64,000 nucleotides of DNA, from contig JAAEQR010000099.1 in assembly GCA_024231215.1 (NCBI GenBank), positions 50,401 to 114,400 on the forward strand, written 5' to 3'. Shown one piece after another: positions 9,340-19,100 of the stretch (positions are counted from its first letter, which is position 1; each line of letters starts with the position of its first letter). The translations under genes were made by a program, and so were the position numbers. The stretch is from PVC group bacterium (GTDB lineage Bacteria; Omnitrophota; Gorgyraeia; B26-G9). Below the pieces are notes generated by a model. It saw only the letters and a list, made by a program, of their open reading frames with translations. It was not told the DNA's origin and ran no database searches.

Positions 9340-10815
9340 CTAGGTTTTTGCTTTTTTCTTCTTAAAATACTCTATAAGTGCTACATCTAATTGTGTTTTT
9401 ACTATATCGGTCAAGGTTTTTTCATTTTCAATTGCAGTTACTAGATCCGGGTATTTCTTGCACAGAAATGGAAGTATCTCCTGTTTAAACTTGTTCCAAA
9501 GTTCAGGAGGAAGAACCTCCAAAATCTTCTTTTTAAACGCGTAAAAAAGAGCTACTTCCGCAGTTAACGCCAATGGATTATAATTCTCCTGAACAAACAA
9601 TTCTTCTAATACCTTGCCCCGGCGAATAATAGCCTGCGCTTCTTTAGAAAGTCCGGTACGCAAACGCATTAAACGCAGCATTTCCCGGTATTGTAGATAG
9701 TCCAAACGGATTCCTTCGCTTAATTCCCGCAACGCCGGACATTGGACTTTAGAGCCAAGACGTGATACAGAAAGGCCAATATCAATTGCCGGCTTAAACC
9801 CTTCCCGGAATAAATTATTATTTAAAAATATCTGTCCGTCGGTGATTGATACCAGGTTAGAGGGAATAAACCCGGTAATATCTCCCTGCAAAGTTTCTAC
9901 GATAGGCAAAAAACTCATAGTTCCACCGCCTAATTCCGCTTTTAATTTTGCGGCTCTTTCCAGTAACTGGGAATGAATAAAAAAGATATCTCCGGGATAT
10001 GCTTCTCTCCCGGGAGAACGTTCAAGCAATAAAGATATCTGCCGATATGCCCAGGCATGTTTGGTTAAATCATCAAAGACAACAACAACATCCCGGCCCT
10101 GATGCATAAAATATTCACCAATTGCCGCGGCAGTATAAGGAGCAATATACTGCTCTGCCGGAGAACTTGAGGCAGAAGAACAAACCCCAACAACGGTAGG
10201 CATTATATCGGTTTGCACTAGCTGATGAATAATCTTTTCAAATGTGGATTGAGACCCTCCGATAAAACAATAAATGCAAACCACATCTTTATCTCGTTGA
10301 TTAATCATCGTATCCATGGCAATACTCGTGCGTCCTGTCTGCCTGTCTCCGACGATTAATTCTCTTTGCCCTTTACCAATTGGAATAGTTAAATCAATAA
10401 TTTTTATTCCGGTTGATAATTGTTCAGATATGGGATCGCGCTCCATAATTCCCGGAGCTTGCCGAAAAACCGGATAACGATCTACCTCGGGAATAGAACC
10501 TTTATCGTCTACCGGCTGAGCCAGACAATCAACTACTCTACCCAAGAGTTTATTTGACACCGGAACCGCAAGTAATTCACTCGCGCTTTTTAAATAATCA
10601 CCGATTTTGATATCCGGCTCATCAGATAAAACAATAATAAATACTTCATTCGGATCAAACCCGATAACCACGCCCTTGGTCCCATCATTAAATTCTACCA
10701 GCTGCCCATAAAGACACGACGGCAATCCGTCTGCCTTAACAATCCCCTGGGTTATTTCTTTAATGCGGCCAACTTCCCTGATTTCTACCTGCGGTATTTG
10801 TATTTGCTTTTGCAT
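9340..10815 (-). CDS. atpA: F-type ATPase alpha subunit with Lys-to-Arg change in the P-loop
   Basis: GDRQTGRTSIAMDTMINQ versus the canonical GDRQTGKTA.A.D.I.NQ. Remaining alpha-subunit blocks are conserved. Confidence 0.85.
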   Translation of the reverse strand: MQKQIQIPQVEIREVGRIKEITQGIVKADGLPSCLYGQLVEFNDGTKGVVIGFDPNEVFIIVLSDEPDIKIGDYLKSASELLAVPVSNKLLGRVVDCLAQPVDDKGSIPEVDRYPVFRQAPGIMERDPISEQLSTGIKIIDLTIPIGKGQRELIVGDRQTGRTSIAMDTMINQRDKDVVCIYCFIGGSQSTFEKIIHQLVQTDIMPTVVGVCSSASSSPAEQYIAPYTAAAIGEYFMHQGRDVVVVFDDLTKHAWAYRQISLLLERSPGREAYPGDIFFIHSQLLERAAKLKAELGGGTMSFLPIVETLQGDITGFIPSNLVSITDGQIFLNNNLFREGFKPAIDIGLSVSRLGSKVQCPALRELSEGIRLDYLQYREMLRLMRLRTGLSKEAQAIIRRGKVLEELFVQENYNPLALTAEVALFYAFKKKILEVLPPELWNKFKQEILPFLCKKYPDLVTAIENEKTLTDIVKTQLDVALIEYFKKKKAKT

Positions 10816-10830
10816 CTTTCCTTTATATTA

Positions 10831-11568
10831 TCAAAAAGTCAGGTTTTGTTTATCTTGACCCAGTTGCTGCACTGCCTTGCTGAATTTATTATGCAAACTG
10901 CCGTCAATAATAAATGAGCCAATCTCTATAATTAATCCGCCAATCATAGCTTCATCGATTACTTGTTCTATGGCTATTTTTTGACCTAGTTTTTCACTAA
11001 GCATTGTATTTAAACAATCTTTTTGTTGTTCTGTCAACGCGCGAATAGTAATTGCCTTTGCCTGCTCTATTTCAATCGGAAAACGTTCCTTGTCAATGCC
11101 CTTTATTATCTCAATAACTTCATCTATAAGAGAATGGTGCAATGTGTCTTGAGCATGAGAACTGAAGGTAAGACGCACAATCTCCAACGCATAACGCAAC
11201 GCCTGATGATCAAATTTTAGAAATAACTTATTTTTCAGTTTATCTACACGTTCTTTGCTTTCATTTATAATTTTATCTGCTTCTATCTGTCCTTTATCTT
11301 CTTGATTTTTCTGCAATATTTTGCCTATATTTACAGCTTCATCCGTAACGCGCTTTGCCTCCTGCTTAGCTTTTTCCACCCTCGCTGTGGCCTCTTCCTC
11401 TGCCTTAACCAATCCGGTCTTTAATTTCTCTTCAATGATCTCATTTTCTCTTTGCAATGATTGTAATCGCCGCAATGCAGTATTAACACTGCGCGCGTAA
11501 AAAAATCGCAAAGCAATCAGTATTGCAATAAATGTAACTATTTGAATTATAATTAATTGTGTGCCCAT
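10831..11568 (-). CDS. atpFH: F-type ATPase b subunit fused to a truncated delta (OSCP) C-terminal domain
   Basis: TM helix, long charged coiled coil, then an OSCP-like C-terminal motif GGLIIEIGSFIIDGSLHNKF. Start taken at MGTQ (11568), which abuts the c-subunit stop; the ORF-track start at 11631 is probably over-extended. Confidence 0.6.
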   Translation of the reverse strand: MGTQLIIIQIVTFIAILIALRFFYARSVNTALRRLQSLQRENEIIEEKLKTGLVKAEEEATARVEKAKQEAKRVTDEAVNIGKILQKNQEDKGQIEADKIINESKERVDKLKNKLFLKFDHQALRYALEIVRLTFSSHAQDTLHHSLIDEVIEIIKGIDKERFPIEIEQAKAITIRALTEQQKDCLNTMLSEKLGQKIAIEQVIDEAMIGGLIIEIGSFIIDGSLHNKFSKAVQQLGQDKQNLTF

Positions 11569-11569
11569 A

Positions 11570-11779
11570 TTATTTAAACAAGTTATACACCACAAGTAAC
11601 GCAAGTACTGCGATCGCTTCCGCGAATACAAACGCTGTGATCATAATTACAAAAATCTTAGGCGCCGCGCCTGGATTACGTCCTACTGCACGCACTGCAT
11701 TACGCCCAACCATTCCAATCACAAGTGCCGGGCCCATTGTACTTAAAAGCATAATTAAAGTTACGGTAAAATTCTGCAT
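11570..11779 (-). CDS. atpE: F-type ATPase c subunit (proteolipid)
   Basis: 69 aa two-helix hairpin. Polar loop GRNPGA. Conserved ion-binding Glu in helix 2 (FAEAIAVLAL). Confidence 0.8.
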   Translation of the reverse strand: MQNFTVTLIMLLSTMGPALVIGMVGRNAVRAVGRNPGAAPKIFVIMITAFVFAEAIAVLALLVVYNLFK

Positions 11780-11833
11780 AATTTATTTTTATCTACAAAC
11801 TATTGACCATGGACCATCGACTATTAACTATTT

Positions 11834-12061
11834 TCATCGTTCCACTAAAATCGTAAGCCGGTTATTTTCCATGCTCGCAACACCATCTGTCACGGAAAAA
11901 GAATCAGAGTCATTTATGGTAATAATGCCATTTTTTAGACGAGACAGGAAATTCTCATGCATGTCCAGTACGCAGAGCTCGCCCTCAACTGTGGGCAATA
12001 CTACCCTTACGGCCGATTTTTCATAAAGAATTTCTTTTGTATCTAAAATAGAAACATCCAT
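11834..12061 (-). CDS. atpC: F-type ATPase epsilon subunit, beta-sandwich domain only (75 aa)
   Basis: N-terminal beta-sandwich similarity (LPTVEGELCVLDMHENFLSRLKNGIITI). The usual C-terminal helical inhibitory hairpin is absent. The gene sits first in the operon rather than last. Confidence 0.6.
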   Translation of the reverse strand: MDVSILDTKEILYEKSAVRVVLPTVEGELCVLDMHENFLSRLKNGIITINDSDSFSVTDGVASMENNRLTILVER

Positions 12062-12093
12062 GCTTAGTTGAAGGTACTACTCTCCTATTTTGT

Positions 12094-12122
12094 ATTATAA
12101 TCTCCCTGAGGATATTATTCAA
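12094..12122 (-). promoter_or_regulatory. Near-consensus sigma70 promoter (TTGAAT-17-TATAAT) driving the atp-pilMNO operon
   Basis: On the minus strand: TTGAAT (12122-12117), 17-nt spacer, TATAAT (12099-12094). Lies about 33 nt upstream of the epsilon start codon. Confidence 0.45.
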
Positions 12123-12290
12123 GAAATGTATTTACAAAGCAACTGACACAAGTAAAGCAAAAATTCTCTTTGAGCCAGAACCAGTCTTTCAGACGATATA
12201 GGGGAACCGGCGCAAGCGAAACCCGAAGGGTTCCACAAGCGTAGCGAAGTGCAAAGAAAGATTGTTGCAAAACGAGAGAGCAATCAAAGA

Positions 12291-13106
12291 TTATTCCCCC
12301 TTATTCATGATATCTTCAATATCTTCAGCATTAATCTGCTGTTCTTCCTCTGCGGTATACTGTTCCGGAGCTAATTCTTCTTCTTTCGCCGCAGCATCTT
12401 CCTTAACTGAAGACTTCATCATCTGTGCCTGTCTTTGCCAGATAATATAAAGTGTCGTTGCCAATACCCCGAGAAACCCAACCACTGAAAAGAACACCTT
12501 CCAGATCGTAATTGCCGGCAAACGCTTCCCTTCGGTAAGAAAACTACGCGCTAATATCAAATCATTTTTCGCGGCTTCTAATAAATCAAGGTTTTCCCGG
12601 TAATTTGAAATATGCTGCTGGGGGTTTGCCGCGGAGAGGTTCTGTCTCTTAATGATCTTGTCTAGCTTTACTTCAATACTTTGTTTTAAAAACTGGGCGC
12701 GTTCCTCAAACTCAGTATTTTTAATAAAACTTATTGTCTTATTTATTTCTTTTCTTAAATTTTCGATCTCCGCCTCTGAAACCAGCCAGATATTTTTGAT
12801 TGTAACTTCGCGTTCAATTGTTTCTCCGGGAGCCAATTCGTATTCTCCAAAAACCTTATACGCCCCCTGCTGAGTATCATAAGTCAGGTTAAAATCACCT
12901 CTATCAATGATATCTTCCGGAGTAACTTCTTTCGGTAAATGCGCCTGTAATGTCATGCTCTGCGTATTTGTCTTCGACGGGTTAACCCCAAGAAGTTTTA
13001 GCGTAATTTTTGTTTGAACCGCATATACTGTAGCCGCAAAACAAAAAACACTAAGACACAACATCCCCCAAAACAACAGCTTCTTAAATCCATTTAATAC
13101 ATTCAT
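12291..13106 (-). CDS. Bitopic membrane protein of unknown function
   Basis: Signal-anchor N-terminus, periplasmic region of about 200 aa, a second TM helix, and an acidic cytoplasmic tail. Lies 17 nt downstream of the giant gene on the same strand. Confidence 0.6.
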   Translation of the reverse strand: MNVLNGFKKLLFWGMLCLSVFCFAATVYAVQTKITLKLLGVNPSKTNTQSMTLQAHLPKEVTPEDIIDRGDFNLTYDTQQGAYKVFGEYELAPGETIEREVTIKNIWLVSEAEIENLRKEINKTISFIKNTEFEERAQFLKQSIEVKLDKIIKRQNLSAANPQQHISNYRENLDLLEAAKNDLILARSFLTEGKRLPAITIWKVFFSVVGFLGVLATTLYIIWQRQAQMMKSSVKEDAAAKEEELAPEQYTAEEEQQINAEDIEDIMNKGE

Positions 13107-13122
13107 CCTTTATCCCCTTATG

Positions 13123-16100
13123 TTAAAACTCATACCAAACCTGACTCATCGGCTTATCACTGATATTCTCAATCATCTGATTGTTCAGCTCAAGCATTGC
13201 TTTCATTTCCTGCGTCTTATTTTTTAGATATTTTATATCTTTTTTCTTTTCTGCCGCCACTTCCAAGCGATTTTCTATTCCCACACTTTCCAGCTTTCCA
13301 AATTCTTTTATCTGAGAACCCATATCTGAAAGCTGTTTATAAATTATATTCAACTCTTTAGACATACCCGATCCCTGTTTTGCTTCGTTGAGAAAATCCT
13401 TGGCTATTCTGGTAAAAGATGTTTCAATCAATCCAACCTGATTATTCAAGATATCCACTATCCCGCCAATATCACTTAATCCAGAAGTCGCGCCTAAAAT
13501 TGCCGAGGTCTGGCCAGCGATATCGTCTACTGTATTACGAACAACTGTGATTGTCAAAGAATCAAGCGTACCCCGGGTTTCTTCCGAACATATGATCGTG
13601 TAATCACCAATCCCCCATGCCGAGTAAAACTTGACCGGATATTCATAGATACCCGTAGTCCCCATTTCCACCATGCTTCCCTTAATGATGCGCTGTACGT
13701 TCTTTACATCATACACATCTATTTTTGGAGACATCCCGGAATAAGTCTGATATCTTACATTTATCTCGTCCCCGCTTTTTGCCTGTTTTTCTCTGTTTAA
13801 AATCTTTGATTTCATGGTTGTCTGCAACTCATCTTCTGCCGCGGCTAAAGAACCTTCTAAACTTTCACGCGTAGCCGATAGTTCTTCTGTTAATGCTGTG
13901 GTTGTTTCTTCCATGGTCTCTGTAAGATTATCCGTTGCTTCTTCCAAGGTGCCTTCTAAGGAGTCCCGGGTATCTTCCAGTTCTGTGATCATCGATTCTG
14001 TTCCTTCTCCCACAGACTCCTCGATCTGCGCAACAGACGCGGCCAGTTGCGTCGCAGTTTGCGTAAAGAACTCGTATTGCAATATCTCTGAACCCACATC
14101 AATATTCGCACTAGATGTATAGTCTCTGCCTCGATAAAGCACTGTCAGTGTGGCCGGGTATACATACCCTGCTTCAAATCCCGTGCCAGGCAATGTAAGT
14201 GTATACATACCGTTCTCATTCGGAGCATTTGCTGAGACATTATTACGCACAGTTGTTCCATCCGGAGTATAAATACTCAACACTGCCGGCCCCATATCCG
14301 CACGTTCTAAGGCATTTGTTCCTACCAGTTTTCCTTTTCTCTGCAAAGAACCAACCGCACTTAAAGTATCACTTCCCGGGCTAAAACTGTATGTCAAAAT
14401 CGCTTCCCAGGTAACCTGCGCGGATGCTGAGTTTTCCAAATATATATTTACAATATAAGTGTCTGTCCCGGATTTCGGAACAACCCAGGTAACACTATTA
14501 TCGATAAAATTTGTCTTCGAGAGAAACGTTGTATACGTAGCATACGGATATGATGCTGAACGAGTAATAGCTGAATTAAGTCCGGAGTCATTCCATCCCG
14601 TACCCGGCTCATTTACATTCACATCCTGCAAATGCTGTAATGTATCATAATCCAAAATATTAAAAACAACCGAAGCATATACAATATTAAAAACCGCGTC
14701 ATTAACATCAAATACCGTAGAATCATCCGGATCTGAAACCCGAACCATAGCCTCAGTTGTCTGTGCATCCGGTAATATCCAAACATATGATCCAATATTA
14801 TCTACATTCGCCGCGATTAGATTCCAATTCAAACCATTATCCGTACTATAATCTAGTTTTATTTTTGCGATCGTTCCTCGAGTCTGCCACATGACTGTAT
14901 GATCTGATTTAGCAACCCAATCTTCATCACCATTCGGAACATTAATCGTAAACCCACCTCTTATCCGGAAAAATCCGGCCGATTGATTTGTTATCTCACT
15001 CCGATTACCGTCCGTAATACGCAGCTTCAACGTCGGACCGGTAAGAGCATCATCCGGAATATCCCAGGTATAAAGCCCGTCATTTGCTTCTCCCACGGCA
15101 ATTATCCTTCTTGTCGCAAAACCATCCCCGGACATATCAATAACCAGATTATCCGAAATAGATAAACCTTCCCAGGTCCAGGTTATTGTGGTCATATCTC
15201 CTAACACAAATTCTTCTCCGCCATCCGGAGCAGTAACATCAAATGTCGGGATCGGAATAATTCTAAAAAACTCGTCCGAGACATCTGTACTTACCGGACG
15301 ATTCCCGTCTGTGAGTTTAAATAAAGCATTATTAGTTACGTCATCCGGAACATCCCATGTATATTCCCCGTCATTCAACTCTCCTGATCCAATTACAAAA
15401 TAAGTAGAACCTCCATCAGGAGAATATTCTGCAACCAGATTATCGCTTATTGATCCCTCAGTAGTCCAAGTCGCCGGAGCCTGGTCTGCTACGGCCCAGA
15501 CTTCTCCTCCGTTGGGTGCAGTTATTGTAATTAACGGATCTGCTATAGCAAACACATCATCTGAAACATCTTCGTTCGAAGGCCTATCCGCATCAAAAAC
15601 CTTTACCAAACAAATGGCACTTACATCATCTGGAATTGTCCATGAATACGCGCCCATATTTGCCGCACCGGTTGTAATGTCCTGATATACAGTTCCTCCG
15701 TCAGATGAATATTGAACAGTTAAGTTATTGGATATCAACCCGCCGTTATCTTCCCATGTAACATCTTGTATGGTTCCTACTCGCCAAATCTCGCTACCGT
15801 TCGGCGTAAGAATAGTAAGCTGCGGTATTGGTAAAACTGTAAACATTCCGTCTGACCTGTCCCAAACTACCGGCCTGGTATTATCTGTTATTCTTACACG
15901 CATACTTGCGGAGACATCATTTGGAATCGTCCAATTATGGCTTCCGCTATTGGTTGTCGATCCAATTATTGTATTAACGTCTGAAATAAAATTATCTTTT
16001 GAATATTCAATAAGCAAGTCATTGCCCACGCTTCCGGTATTATCCCAGGTGATTATTTCTGCATCTGATACAGTCCAAAGTTCGCCGCCATTTGGCACCG

Positions 16101-19100
16101 TCACTCTAATCACCGGATACGCAATCGCAAACGGAACATCCGACATATCAGATATAGCCGGGGTGTCATTATCTGTAACTCTTATTTTTGCGGTAATTGA
16201 ATAATCATCCACCACAATCCAATCATATGTACCATCATTAGTTTCAAAGTTCGCAATTAAATTAATATCACTGCCAAAATTGTCTTTAGAATATTCAATG
16301 CGCAAGTTATCACTTACGCTTCCTAAAGAACCCCAGGTGATTTCCTGAGCCGTACCAATCGCCCAGCTTTCACCGCCATTAGGCGCAATAATATTTACAT
16401 ACGGCAGTCTAATCGCAAAAACAGAATCAGATTGATCTGTAGTCGCAATTCGTGTCGCGTCAAATATTCTGACCAAGCAATTGGTTGATAAGTCATTCGG
16501 TATTGTCCAAACATAATCTCCGTCATTTGCTTCTGCGCTGGACACAGTATTCCACGCTCCGCCTCCGTCAGAAGAATACTCTATAGTTAAGTCATCGCGA
16601 ATCGCTTCATCTGTATTGCCTTCGGATGTCCAATTAATTCCATGCGTGGTTCCTACAATCCATTCTTCTGCACCATTCGGGGAAGTTACTGTAATTGTCG
16701 GCGCAACAATACTAAACACAGCATCCGACATATCCCAAACTGTAGCCCTGGCATTATCTGTAAGTCTTACCAATACCTGGTCGGAAAGATCATCTGCCAC
16801 ATCCCAGGTGTATGTCTGATCATTTGGCTCTCCTGTTGCAATCGTATTCCAAGCCACCCCGCCGTTGCTGGAATATTCCAGCAACAGATCATTTGTAACC
16901 GCACCCAAGAATGTCCAGGTAATTTCGTAATCGCCTGTTGCATACCATGTCTCTGCCCCATTAGGAGAAGTGATTGTTACCGCAGGAATTGTGATTTGGA
17001 AAACATCGTTTGAAACATCAACAACCAATGCGTCATTCTCATCCATGACCCGAATAAGCGCTTCTATTGTTTCTACATCTGCTACTGTCCACGTATATAA
17101 ACCATCATTAGTTTGCTGGTTGCTAATTAGATTCCACGATCCGCCATTATCATCCGAGTAATAAATCGCCATCTCATAATAATCAGCGCCGCCGGATTCT
17201 AATTTTTGGCCATAAGATTCCCAGGTGATATCATACTCTTCCCCAATGGCCAATACTTCTCCGCCGTTTGGATCAAGCATCGTGACTATTGGATAAGGAA
17301 TAACCGTAAATGCTTCAGATATCCCTGTAACCTGAGTCCATGCATTATCCGTAATTTGTACCTGTACTATATTTGAATCTATGGCGTCCGGAATCGTCCA
17401 TGCATATATACCATCACAAGCTTCATTATCCGCGATAGTATTAAAAATTAATCCATCTGTTGTATATTCAAACAGTAAATCATCTGTTACCGTTCCAAAA
17501 ATCGTCCAAGTAATATCATGGATATCTGCAGACACCCATGTCAATCCGGATACCGGGGATGTAATCGTAATATAAGGAAAAACAATCGAGAAATCAGCAT
17601 CTGACATATCCCAGATAATGCTCTGGGTATCTCTGCCGCCAAGAATCGAATCTTCTCTTATTCTTACTTTCACAGTTGTAGAAATATCTTCCGGCACTGT
17701 CCAGTCATATGTCCCGCTAATCGTATCATTTGCATCCGAACCACTAGGAGTTCCTATACTTGTCGTAATAATCGCAGTTTCCGTACTAAAATTATCTGTT
17801 GAATAATCAATAATCACATTATTCACAAACTGCGTAGAATTGGTTGCCCAATTGACTTCATATTGATTACCAACAATCCATTGTTCCGCACCATTCGGTG
17901 CCCCAACGATTAATATTGGCTGTGGTACAATGGCCCAAACCGCGTCTGATTCATCTACCACATCGGTATTATCCGCATCGTAGATTTTCAACAATACTTC
18001 ATCTGATGGATCATTTGCTATTGTCCAGTTAAAATTCCCTGTATTTGGACGCTGGGTAGAAGCAGCTATCCAGGTTGATCCATTGTCCGGAGAATATTCT
18101 ATGGTCAGATTATCATTTACTGTTCCAGTTGAAGCCCAGGTAATCGTATGCTGTCTGCCTGCTTCCCAGATGTCTCCTCCGTTCGGAGAAGTAATGATCA
18201 AGCCCATGATTTGGAAAATAGCATCCGATTCATCGCTAACATTTGGAAATTCTACCGAGCTCACCCGGACCAAAGCATTAGGCGATGCGCTATCCGGCAC
18301 TGTCCAGCCATGACTACCGTCATTAGCTGTCGAAGCAATCACTTCATTCCAACTGCTTCCGGTATCCGCAGAGTATTCTATTTGTACATTTGAAGCTGCT
18401 CCATCAACGCCCTCTGATGTCCAGGTAATAGTATGGGACGATGCAACCGCCCATTGTTCTGCTCCATCAGGAGAGCTAACATTGATTTCCGCTCGGATAT
18501 AATCAATGTCTATACTATCTATCACCGGGGTGCTCTCCCCGTATGAATATAAGGTTGTTTTATACTGAAGATATCGATCATCCAAACAATCTTCATTTAA
18601 GGTATTGATTGCTTCTGCGCCAGCAGAGTCAAAATAATAACTCGGCGGACTCGCTAAGGTAATTGTTACTTCATCCAATTCCGGGGTATTTATTCCGTCA
18701 TCAGTATGTAAATACGCGCGGTAATAAAAATCTCCATCCGGAAATTGTGATTGAAAATTAGTTAAGTTTGCATTAATCTCTGCCGCGGTATTAGTATTCG
18801 CATAACCAAAATCAACCTTTGCCCAACTACTTCCATTATGCCAATACCAATTATATCCGTCCGCGGAAACTTGATAGCCTACTTCTGTCCCTGCGGGTTC
18901 AGTCACAACATCCTGGAAATTAACCAGATTCCCTTCGTAAAAAACACCGATTATCGGCTGAATTACAGGGTTATCATCATAGTAATTAGTAAGGCTGTGC
19001 GTGTTGGCCGGGTGTACATACGTATCTTCAGCGTCCTGAGCCATCCCGACAGTATTATTTTCTAAAATTGCCCATTCATCCGTATGGGCCTGCTCACCGC

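Noticed and set aside
11559-12026. 155-aa plus-strand ORF overlapping atpE and atpC
   Set aside because: Antisense to two well-supported ATPase genes. No independent support.
12291-13106. Divergent F-type ATPase a-subunit upstream of atpC
   Set aside because: It has only two predicted TM helices and a large extracytoplasmic domain, with no conserved Arg-bearing TM4-like helix. It is not an a-subunit.
14677-18489. Possible CRISPR or other DNA-level tandem array, because of the periodic roughly 285-nt structure
   Set aside because: The periodicity comes from diverged protein-level Ig-fold repeats. Nucleotide copies are not near-identical and there are no spacers; the whole stretch is one ORF.
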